Source: Candidatus Latescibacterota bacterium (GTDB lineage: Bacteria > Latescibacterota > UBA2968 > GCA-2709665). Taken from it: a DNA stretch of 32,000 bases. Under the pieces are notes generated by a model that was given only the letters and a program-made list of their open reading frames with translations, made no database searches and was not told where the DNA came from. Positions 8,066 to 15,812 of the stretch are shown here, one piece after another. Location of the stretch: contig OZ250150.1 in the NCBI GenBank assembly GCA_965237675.1, positions 370,428-402,427 on the forward strand, written 5' to 3'. Position 1 is the first letter of the stretch. Each line of letters opens with the position of its first letter. The translations under genes and the position numbers were made by a program.

Positions 8066-11000
8066 ATGATGGACCGTCGCGATGCGATGTGGCTGTTGGT
8101 ATTCCTGGTACTGGGTGTGGGCGGGCTGGCGGTATTTCTGAATTTCTACACCGAGGCGATTCCTTCCGCGTCGCTGGATTTCAGGTTGAGCCGCGATGAG
8201 GTACTCCTGAAGGCGCAGGCCTATCTGGAGGACCTGGGATACGATCTTGCGGATTATGAGAACGCCCAGGTGTTCTCCAGCAGGCAGATGCAGCAGATTT
8301 TCCTGGAGCAGACGCTGGGCCTGGAGGAGACCAACCGGCTAGCCAGGGAGTGGTTGTCGGTCTGGTCCTGGAGCGTGCGGTGGTTTAAGCCGCTGCAGAA
8401 GGAGGAACTTCGGGTGGGGATGGATCCGGGCGGGCGAATTGTGGGATTTTCGCACCGCATCCTGGAATCGGACGAAGGTGCGAGCCTGACGCAGGACGCG
8501 GCGCTTGTGATTGCATCAGAATTCCTGCGGGATACCCAGGGGTACGACCTGGACGGCTACGAGTTGATCGATCGGTCCAGCACGGAACGCAAGGCCCGGG
8601 GCGATCACCGGTTCGCCTACCGGAAGAAGGACTTCACCGTGGGAGACGACGGGCACTACCGCCTGGACGTGGTGGTGCACGGGGACCGGGTGGGACGGTT
8701 CAGCGAATACCTGAAAGTGCCGGATAGTTTCTCCCGGAACTACCGGGAAGTGCGTTCGCGGGCGAACCTGCTGACGCAGGTCTTTTTGCCGTTCTGGCTC
8801 GCATTGGGCATCGCCATGCTGGTGATTCTGGTCAAGTATTATCGCAGGAAGGGCTTGCACTGGCAGGCCGGCCTGGTGGTCGGAACACTCGTGGCCATTG
8901 CCTGGCTTGCGGCGAACGTCAACGCCCTGCCTCTTGCGCTTTATAATTTCGATACAACGGTCTCATTCGGTGCCTTTCTGGTGACCGTTTTGTTCAGTGC
9001 TGTTCTGGTCGCGGCTCTTTACGGCGGGATCGTCTGCCTGGCCGGGACGGCGGGCGGGGCTCTCGGACGAGACGTGCTATTCGAGGGACGCGCGCGTCCG
9101 CTCGGACGCCTGTCTTTGAAAGGGGTATTTTCAGCCGGATTCCTTCGGTCCACGGTCGTGGGTTATGGCGTCGCCGGGGCCGTGCTGGGATACGTCGCTC
9201 TGTTTTATCTGCTGGGTGGCCGGTATTTCGATGTCTGGGTGCCGGCGGACGTCAGCGAGTACGACAACGCTTTCAGCACAGCCATCCCCTGGATTTACCC
9301 GTTGCTGGCAGGATTGTCCGCCGCGGCGATGGAGGAGTTTTTCTTCCGTCTGTTGGCGATTACTCTGCTGATCCGATGGTTGAAACGGCGGTGGCTGGCA
9401 GTGTTGCTGCCGGCGGTGGTGTGGGCGTTCTTGCATTCCAACTACCCCCATGAGCCCATTTATATACGCGGAATTGAGATAACGGTCATAGGAATCGTCT
9501 TCGGTATTGTGTTCTTGCGTTTCGGGATATGGGCGCCCATCATAGCCCACTACGCCATTAATGCTTTCATCGTAGCGTTGCCGATGGTGAAGTCTTCAAG
9601 TCCCTACTTTCAGGTATCCGGTGTACTGGTCATCGGGATTTTGCTGCTGCCGGCCATCCCCTCGGCTTTCGCTGTTCTGACCGGGAGGCCCCGACCCCGG
9701 GAAGTTGACGACGCGGTCGATGAGGAAGCGCCTGAACAACCCGTTGAAACCGGGGAACCGGCGCCCGAGCCCGACCGTGCGGCCGTGACTCAAAAAGACC
9801 CCGATGCCTATTTGCCGGATCGAAAGAGGTGGCTTGTCGCCGGCCTTTGCGCCCTGGCGGGTGTCACGTTGATGATCGGATTCCACGTGGACCGGTTCGG
9901 CTCCCGTACGTTGAAGCTGGAAGTGACCCGGAGCCAGGCGGTGCGTGTCGCGGAAGCCTTTTGTAAAGAACTGGGATTGGATGTGTCGGATTACCGCAGA
10001 TCGGTGCAGTTTCGCAGCGGGGTCGGTTCCTCGCATTACACACATCTGATCCGAAACGCGGGTGTCGCGCGCGCGGATAGCCTGATGGCCGAGAACACAA
10101 CCCCGTGGTATTGGCACGTGCGCTGGTTCAAGCCGATGGAGAAGGAGGAGATCCGGATCCGCGTGGACGCGGCCGGGCACGTTGCGGGCATAAACCACAT
10201 CATTCCGGAAACTCGGGCCGGACCCGAATTGGAGACGGACGTCGCACGGGTGAAGGCCGAGGCATCTGTTGAGAGACAGTTCCACCGATCCGTAACGGAT
10301 ACGGTGCAATACAAGCTACTGGAGGCCCGTTCGGAGAAGGAGGAGGAACGGATGGACCACCATTTTGTGTGGGAACGGATGGACCGGAAGGTCGAGGATG
10401 GAGAGTTCCGCGTAAATGCACGGGTTCAGGGGGACGAGGTCGGATTCTTCGGTACCCGATATAAGGCGCCGGAAAAATTCCTTCGGTCGCTCCGGCAACA
10501 AGGCACCGGGCAGGTATTGGCCTCGAACGTGCCGGTTCTATTGGCTCTGGCAACCCTGATACTGGCGGGGATTTATTTCTTCCGGCTTTACCGGGCAAAG
10601 GAGATTTCCTGGAGACTCCCAATCACATTAGGCATTGCGGTTGTGGCGCTGATGGTACTGAATTGGATCAATTCGTTACCGACCTTTTTCCACACATATG
10701 ATACAAGCCAGGCGATGACGACCTACATGGGTATCCAGGGGGTCTCTATGCTGATCGGCACACCGCTGATGGGACTGGCAATAGCGGTCATGATAGCGTT
10801 GATGGTTGCGCTTTGTGGATCTCTCTATCCCGAAGAGATGGGGGCCGGCAGGTGGCTGGGGCTCTTACGGATGCGAGAAGGCGGCTTGCGCTTCTGGGCC
10901 GGCACGCTGGCTCTGGCGGCGGCATTTTTGCTGCTTCGGACAGGTATGGGCAGTGTCGGTATATTTGTGAAATATCACGGGTTGACGGAGTTTCTACAAG

Positions 11001-11479
11001 CGGACGGGTTCAACTTGCCGGGAATAAACACCTATCTTCCCTTCATCAACGCCGCCGGTGACGCAGCCCTGGAGTTAATCGATCCCTTTGCAGTGCTGGC
11101 AATTCTGCTGATCTGGAAAGCCGGAGTGAAACGACCATGGCTGATTGTGGCCGGAATCGCGGTTGCAATGTTGTCCACGGAGGCGATCGCGCCGGCCAGG
11201 AGTTTTTATCACTTCGCCGTTCTGGCCGGCCTGGCGCTCGTGAATCTGGGTGTGCTGGTTTTCCTGGTCGCGTGGCTGGTCCGGTTCAACCTGATGGCCT
11301 ACATTGTCGCGATATGGTCCGGCAAGCTCATCCTGGGCCCTGGAATCGCAATGATTCAACGGACAACGGAATCCGTTTATGAGTGGAACGGCGTTGCCAT
11401 GCTCGTGCTTGGCCTGGCGCCGCTGCTCTTCCTTCTGGCTGCGTGTCTGCGAGAGCGGCGACAGCGGACGGAAGGATGA
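8066..11479 (+). CDS. Polytopic membrane protein: tandem duplication of (TM + ectodomain + multi-TM CPBP/Abi-type glutamic endopeptidase domain); first copy intact, second degenerate
   Basis: GAGAGGAG lies before ATG 8066, followed by an N-terminal TM. CPBP motifs in copy 1: EEFFFR (9332-9349), FLHSNYP (His codon 9434-9436) and AHYAINAF (9548-9562). An acidic/proline linker spans aa ~545-590. Copy 2 repeats the ectodomain (WYWHVRWFKPMEKEEIRIRVD versus WSWSVRWFKPLQKEELRVGMD) and a multi-TM region. Confidence 0.85.
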   Translation: MMDRRDAMWLLVFLVLGVGGLAVFLNFYTEAIPSASLDFRLSRDEVLLKAQAYLEDLGYDLADYENAQVFSSRQMQQIFLEQTLGLEETNRLAREWLSVWSWSVRWFKPLQKEELRVGMDPGGRIVGFSHRILESDEGASLTQDAALVIASEFLRDTQGYDLDGYELIDRSSTERKARGDHRFAYRKKDFTVGDDGHYRLDVVVHGDRVGRFSEYLKVPDSFSRNYREVRSRANLLTQVFLPFWLALGIAMLVILVKYYRRKGLHWQAGLVVGTLVAIAWLAANVNALPLALYNFDTTVSFGAFLVTVLFSAVLVAALYGGIVCLAGTAGGALGRDVLFEGRARPLGRLSLKGVFSAGFLRSTVVGYGVAGAVLGYVALFYLLGGRYFDVWVPADVSEYDNAFSTAIPWIYPLLAGLSAAAMEEFFFRLLAITLLIRWLKRRWLAVLLPAVVWAFLHSNYPHEPIYIRGIEITVIGIVFGIVFLRFGIWAPIIAHYAINAFIVALPMVKSSSPYFQVSGVLVIGILLLPAIPSAFAVLTGRPRPREVDDAVDEEAPEQPVETGEPAPEPDRAAVTQKDPDAYLPDRKRWLVAGLCALAGVTLMIGFHVDRFGSRTLKLEVTRSQAVRVAEAFCKELGLDVSDYRRSVQFRSGVGSSHYTHLIRNAGVARADSLMAENTTPWYWHVRWFKPMEKEEIRIRVDAAGHVAGINHIIPETRAGPELETDVARVKAEASVERQFHRSVTDTVQYKLLEARSEKEEERMDHHFVWERMDRKVEDGEFRVNARVQGDEVGFFGTRYKAPEKFLRSLRQQGTGQVLASNVPVLLALATLILAGIYFFRLYRAKEISWRLPITLGIAVVALMVLNWINSLPTFFHTYDTSQAMTTYMGIQGVSMLIGTPLMGLAIAVMIALMVALCGSLYPEEMGAGRWLGLLRMREGGLRFWAGTLALAAAFLLLRTGMGSVGIFVKYHGLTEFLQADGFNLPGINTYLPFINAAGDAALELIDPFAVLAILLIWKAGVKRPWLIVAGIAVAMLSTEAIAPARSFYHFAVLAGLALVNLGVLVFLVAWLVRFNLMAYIVAIWSGKLILGPGIAMIQRTTESVYEWNGVAMLVLGLAPLLFLLAACLRERRQRTEG

Positions 11480-11535
11480 GCCGCTGCCCGTTGCGCCACG
11501 TTTTTCGATCCTCTAAGCCGACGGCTGAAATGACA

Positions 11536-11570
11536 ACCCCCCTCCGAAGGACATCGGAGGGGGGTCTTTT
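11536..11570 (+). terminator. Rho-independent terminator of the 8066-11479 gene
   Basis: Perfect 12-bp GC-rich stem ACCCCCCTCCGA (11536-11547) / TCGGAGGGGGGT (11554-11565), 6-nt loop AGGACA, then CTTTTAT. It lies 57 nt after the stop codon. Confidence 0.8.
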
Positions 11571-11609
11571 ATGGGGGACTATATCGAAAAGTGCCAAACA
11601 CGTCAGACT

Positions 11610-11981
11610 GTCGCTTGACATTCCCGCGCCGTTTTCCGGTAGGAATTTACGAAGGGAACGTGGAATTGCCCAGTGACGCCTGGCCCTCGCTGGATCAAAT
11701 CCACCCCAAGTCTTGCGGCTATCCCCTTTCCTCGTTCCAGGACCGGTCAAGTAATTGGCTTGATACCGTCCTCGCCGCTCGTAATGCCTGAAACGGTCTT
11801 CGGTGTACGCTTTCGAATATGGAATCCGCCCAGGATGAAACGTAAACTTATCTGTTACCGTATAAGACAATATCGTGAATGGGACCAAATTGGCGAGAAA
11901 TCTTGTCGTGTGCACAGGACCATCATTCCACTTCCTCATTCATTCAAGACAATCGCCGTAGTAAAGCGTATTCAATTTCAT
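11610..11981 (-). pseudogene. Decayed N4/N6 DNA methyltransferase relic (in-frame TGA, internal deletion, 3' truncation)
   Basis: The minus strand from ATG 11981 reads MKLNTLYYGDCLE-TGA-MRKW..., the typical methylase start (GDCLEWM) with TGA where Trp is expected (11940-11942). Later FTILSYTVTDKFTFHPGRIPYSKAY...GRYQANYLTGPG..GDSRKTWGGFDPARARRHWAIP matches the mid-region of N4/N6 methylases. The DPPF/AdoMet-binding core and the C-terminal catalytic region are missing. Confidence 0.6.
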
Positions 11982-12093
11982 TTCTTCAACCTATCCCAGC
12001 CAGGAGTTCTTCCTCACAACTCGATTGATCCGTCCGTTAACAAAAGTGTCAGCACCCATCAAAACCTCCTCTGCACAGTCTTCCCGTTTACCG

Positions 12094-12429
12094 CTATTTC
12101 CTGTCGTACGCACCTTGCCGATGGTCCATATCTACCACATATATCCGTCCCGAAAACCGTTTGTAGAAAATCCGATACGGCCTTTTTTCGATTCTGAACA
12201 TGGGGTCATTGGCAGGACGCCCCTGTATCTTTTTCGATCCCCTCCTGTTAAGCGGATCTTTAAGCGATTCGATCTTTTCAACAGCAGAACGTCTCACCTT
12301 TGGTTGCAAAGTATCCAAGAACTCCCGAACAACATCCCGGATTACAATCTCTTGCTCTACGGGTTCACGTTGCCCTGTATTTTCTGGCGAGTTTTGCGCT
12401 TTCCTGGATCCTCCACGTGCTTCATTCAC
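12094..12429 (-). CDS. RelE/ParE-family type II toxin
   Basis: C-terminal pattern FRIEKRPYRIFYKRFSGRIYVVDMDHRQGAY is typical of the RelE/ParE fold. Its ATG overlaps the upstream gene's stop by 4 nt (ATGA). Confidence 0.7.
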   Translation of the reverse strand: MNEARGGSRKAQNSPENTGQREPVEQEIVIRDVVREFLDTLQPKVRRSAVEKIESLKDPLNRRGSKKIQGRPANDPMFRIEKRPYRIFYKRFSGRIYVVDMDHRQGAYDRK

Positions 12430-12632
12430 CGACTTTCCCTCTTCACCTTTTCAAAATATCGCCGCGTCTCCTCAGCCGAAAGCATCCTGCTCTTTCCCGT
12501 CCGAAGCTCCTCGTCAATCTCTAAAGACCGGGCCAGAAACGGGTCTTCCTCTTGCTCCGCAATAACGTCCTTCGGACGCTCGCCACGCTTGACGCGTTCT
12601 ATCCACCCCAATACGACATCAGCAACGCCCAT
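12426..12632 (-). CDS. Putative cognate antitoxin (68 aa)
   Basis: Small acidic ORF immediately upstream of the toxin and overlapping it by 4 nt. GAGGGGG lies before the ATG. I did not recognise a family. Confidence 0.55.
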   Translation of the reverse strand: MGVADVVLGWIERVKRGERPKDVIAEQEEDPFLARSLEIDEELRTGKSRMLSAEETRRYFEKVKRESR

Positions 12633-12677
12633 TACGACCCCCTCTCGTTATCCTTACTCAGAAACCACTCTATTCCC

Positions 12678-12797
12678 TCACCCAAGCCCCCAGAATCGTC
12701 GTTCATGCCCTCGCCCGTGTTCTGTGTGACCCGCAATAACCGCCTCGGCGTCCTCACCCGCCCTCGCGCGTTCGACCATCTCCAGTTTATTGTTCAT
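12678..12797 (-). CDS. Hypothetical 39-aa ORF upstream of the TA pair
   Basis: ATG preceded by GGAGG (ttggaggttatattATG), with TTGACA at 12840-12845 (minus). Translation MNNKLEMVERARAGEDAEAVIAGHTEHGRGHERRFWGLG. No recognisable family; it may be a leader or a relic. Confidence 0.25.
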   Translation of the reverse strand: MNNKLEMVERARAGEDAEAVIAGHTEHGRGHERRFWGLG

Positions 12798-12984
12798 AAT
12801 ATAACCTCCAACGATAGATTTCCAAAAATTCTCGCATCTTGTCAAGTGTGAATGTTAAATTGCCTTCCGCCGCGTCAACCCGACCAGTATCTGGATCCTT
12901 GACACCCACAACAACTTCATAGTCAGGTAACAAAGAAATGGCTCCGGTCCTGCCGCCAGCTAACCGCCTTCAACAGAGTGTTGC

Positions 12985-13146
12985 CTATGACTTTTCTCGC
13001 TGCACACGTTCCTTTTCTTCCTGGACCATCTCGTCTCGCTGATTCGACGCGAGGAAATCCTCCCAACCAGGCTTCGAGGGATCGGTTACAAGATTTACTT
13101 TTGCCTGGTTTGTGGAGACTGTAAACGTCAACGTTGTCTCAGTCAT
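12985..13146 (-). CDS. Hypothetical 53-aa ORF overlapping the end of the protease fragment
   Basis: ATG 13146 overlaps the upstream stop (ATGA), and GGAGGA lies ~10 nt upstream. Translation MTETTLTFTVSTNQAKVNLVTDPSKPGWEDFLASNQRDEMVQEEKERVQREKS. It is below the ORF-track length cut-off. Confidence 0.3.
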   Translation of the reverse strand: MTETTLTFTVSTNQAKVNLVTDPSKPGWEDFLASNQRDEMVQEEKERVQREKS

Positions 13147-13502
13147 TTTTCAATGTCCTCCGTGTAATACATAATGCTGTGGGCATCTAAAAAATCCCTT
13201 ATTGTCTCAATGTGTACGGCCCTCCCAACGTTCAAGACCTGGTTACGACCGGCACCTTGAAACCCGATAGGGTAATGGTGGGTGTTTACTTGAATGCCAC
13301 ATATGAGACCGTCAGAATCAGCCAATGGCCCACCACTTTGTCCCTTTAGCAGTCCGTTGATAAAGTTGCTCTGCAGGCGAGGCCGAGCAATTGTGACCGA
13401 AGACAAGGCGCGCGACCGAGTCGAATCGGGGGATACGGGGAGGAAGCGCAACGCTGTAATTCTGCCACAAAAGCCGGCCGCAGCCCGGATGGACTTTTTC
13501 AA
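13143..13502 (-). pseudogene. C-terminal fragment of a trypsin-like (S1/S1C-type) serine peptidase
   Basis: Catalytic-serine motif LLKGQSGGPLADSDGLICGI is present, but only the second beta-barrel (~90 aa) remains; the His and Asp regions are absent. There is no ATG start (only a TTG at 13502). The frame continues straight from the stop of the upstream relic. Confidence 0.5.
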
Positions 13503-13571
13503 CGGGCTGTTAGACCCGGCGAACTCGTTTCGATCCCGGTTGCCACGTGTCGCAAAATCGGGTCCATCCTT

Positions 13572-13914
13572 TCAGGTAAATGGACATTCGACAGCGACAT
13601 TCTCCCCCGTTTCTTCGGCCTTTCGGATGGCGTCGGCCACGGCCACGGCGGCGACCATGTCGTCTCCCAGGGGATGCGGCCGGCCCGTGCGGACCATTTC
13701 TTTGACGTGTTCGAGGATCACAGCAGACCCCTCGCAGGCATTGAAGTCGTTGAGAACCAGGCCCTGGATGGCGCCCTCGGGGCCGAATACGTGAGTGAAC
13801 ATCTCCGTGAAGCGGAAGTTGGAGACGCAGGGGATCGTGCTGGTCCATCTGCGCGCCGAACCACATCCCATGCATATCGCAGCGAATAATCCCCGTGCGG
13901 ATCTTATCTGACAA
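13572..13914 (-). pseudogene. Oxidoreductase relic (Gfo/Idh/MocA-like N- and C-termini, frameshifted deletion)
   Basis: From TTG 13914 the frame reads SDKIRTGIIRCDMHGMWFGAQMDQHDPL. Sense then continues only in another frame (ORF 13572-13871): FRFTEMFTHVFGPEGAIQGL...ILEHVKEMVRTGRPHPLGDDMVAAVAVADAIRKAEETGENVAV. That segment resembles the C-terminal end of the Gfo/Idh/MocA genes in this window. The total is ~115 aa rather than ~350. Confidence 0.45.
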
Positions 13915-14040
13915 GGGAAAAAAGCCTTTCGTCTATGGAACCCAAATTACAATGGAAACAGACGGTAGCAGACCGGACTCAATGGGATTTCAGAATGCCT
14001 GGAGCAAAGTGACAACCTCAGAGCAAAAGAATGGTCCGTG

Positions 14041-14409
14041 CTATAGCTCCAATGCGTCAGCCGTCCGAATGACGAAATATTTCTTTACTGGCTGCGAGAC
14101 GTGCCAGTGGGTCTTGAGTCCCGCCGGAAAGTGGACGGTATCGCCCGGCCCAAGTGAGTAGCTTTCGCCCCCGTCTTCTTCAATGGTTACGCTGCCCTCG
14201 AAGATGTGGGCGAATTCGTCCCATCCGAAGGTCCATTCGAATTTCCCTTCGCTGCATTGCCAGTAACCGCTCGAAACCTTCTTGTCGGCGCTCTGGGTAA
14301 CGATGGTGCCGCGGGCCGTCGGATCGCCTTCATGAATCCAGTCGGGATCGATGGGCATGGCGGGCAGATCTTCAGGCATGGCGGTGGTTTTTATCTTCAG
14401 CTGGTCCAT
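14041..14409 (-). CDS. Cupin domain protein (DUF861/cupin_3-like)
   Basis: AAGGAG lies before the ATG. WQCSEGKFEWTFGWDEFAHIFEGSVTIEEDGGESYSLGPGDTVHFPAGLKTHWHV fits the small single-domain cupin pattern. Confidence 0.8.
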   Translation of the reverse strand: MDQLKIKTTAMPEDLPAMPIDPDWIHEGDPTARGTIVTQSADKKVSSGYWQCSEGKFEWTFGWDEFAHIFEGSVTIEEDGGESYSLGPGDTVHFPAGLKTHWHVSQPVKKYFVIRTADALEL

Positions 14410-14612
14410 GTTGCGCTCCTTGTCTGTGGTATCGTCAGGTGGTCAATTCCGGGGATCATTCAAGACCCTGCTCCCTGTCACTGCCGCGCCGCAATCAGGG
14501 GGACGCGGTTTTCTCGCATGATCGGCATGGTCGTTCCAGGTGTCAACAGGATTGTCTTCAGGTTTTGGAAAACACCGGACCGGTTTCCGCCGACCGCCGG
14601 AGCGCGATGCAC

Positions 14613-15623
14613 CTACAACGCCAGGATTTCCTCCCAGCAGCCTTCTGCGACCGGGACGCCCAACTCGAGGTTCTCCTCTCGGGTCCGGAACATCCGCTCG
14701 CCGGGATACGACACGGGCTCGCTGCCGTCGAGCGATTCGGCGGCGTGAAAGTCGCCCAGCGTCTGATCCACCAATTCGCGCATCCGGTCTCCGGCCACAG
14801 CGGCGGCATGGATAGCAAAAAAGACCTGGGAGACACCGTATTCGGCCTCCTCCTGAGCGATCTGAAACGTGGAACGGCCCCCCGACAGCAGCGAGGCAAC
14901 CAGATCCAGCGACATCGCGAGTCCGATCCCTTTCCAGTGACCGATGGGCAGCGGACGGCGAGCAGCCTGGATGGCGCCGGGGTCGTATGACAGGTTTCCG
15001 CTGTTGTCGTATCCCCCGGGGACCGGGAGTCGCCGGTTGGCTTTGCGATATACGTCGAGTTTGCCGTCGGAGTACTGGCTCATCGCCATGTCCAGAAGAA
15101 AATGACGGCCTTCCGGGCGGGGAATGGAGAAAACCAGGGGATTGTTGCCCACCTTGCGTTCGGCGGAACCGAACGGGGGGATAAGCTGGGTGGTATTGGT
15201 CCAGCAGATGCCGATACAGCCCGCGTCAGCAGCCCTCAGGCCGTAGGTTCCGGCCCGCATCCAGTGGTTGGTGTTTCTGAGGGTCACACAGCCGAGACCG
15301 TGTTCTTTTGCGACTTCAACGGCGCGGTCCATGCACACGCAGGCGTTGAGGATACCGGGGCCCAGTTTTCCGTCCCACTGTTCCAGCACGCCGAAGCCAG
15401 CCGCTTTTTCGGGTTCGGCGCGGAGGTCCATGCCCTTGCCGGAAGGGGCGTGCCTGGCAAATGCCGGGAACCGGTTGACGCCGTGGGAATAGACGCCGTC
15501 GCGGGTGGTTTCGGCGAAAATTCTCGCGCAACGTTCGGCGCGTTCGGTCGTGAAGCCGACTTTGAGCAGAACGCGGTTCAGTTCCGCCACCATCGCGTCA
15601 AATTGGATACGGCGCATTTCCAT
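14613..15623 (-). CDS. dlgD: Ldh_2 family dehydrogenase, YiaK/DlgD-like (3-dehydro-L-gulonate 2-dehydrogenase type)
   Basis: Full-length resemblance to YiaK as I remember it: GVYSHGVNRFP, LRNTNHWMRAGTYG, IGICWTNT, PPFGSAERKVGNNPL, LPIGHWKGIGL, GVSQVFFAI. The start could instead be the ATG two codons downstream (15617). Confidence 0.8.
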   Translation of the reverse strand: MEMRRIQFDAMVAELNRVLLKVGFTTERAERCARIFAETTRDGVYSHGVNRFPAFARHAPSGKGMDLRAEPEKAAGFGVLEQWDGKLGPGILNACVCMDRAVEVAKEHGLGCVTLRNTNHWMRAGTYGLRAADAGCIGICWTNTTQLIPPFGSAERKVGNNPLVFSIPRPEGRHFLLDMAMSQYSDGKLDVYRKANRRLPVPGGYDNSGNLSYDPGAIQAARRPLPIGHWKGIGLAMSLDLVASLLSGGRSTFQIAQEEAEYGVSQVFFAIHAAAVAGDRMRELVDQTLGDFHAAESLDGSEPVSYPGERMFRTREENLELGVPVAEGCWEEILAL

Positions 15624-15812
15624 CGTGCCATTAACCTTGATTCGTAATTATTCGGGGACCTAAATATCGAATATACACAGAAGAACAAAGGCGAATTGAT
15701 GTCGAAGTTCCAGGATGCTTGAGGTCACTGGACCTGAACGGAAAATTCATCCATTTGAACGACCTCAATACCCCGTTTCTGAAGTTTTCGCCCGCGGTGT
15801 TGCCTCGCTGTA

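Noticed and set aside
11940-11942. In-frame TGA in the methyltransferase relic as possible Trp/Sec recoding
   Set aside because: Many conserved genes in the window terminate at TGA at their expected ends (for example 936-938, 2115-2117 and 28199-28201). The relic also lacks its catalytic core, so a nonsense mutation in a pseudogene is the simpler reading.
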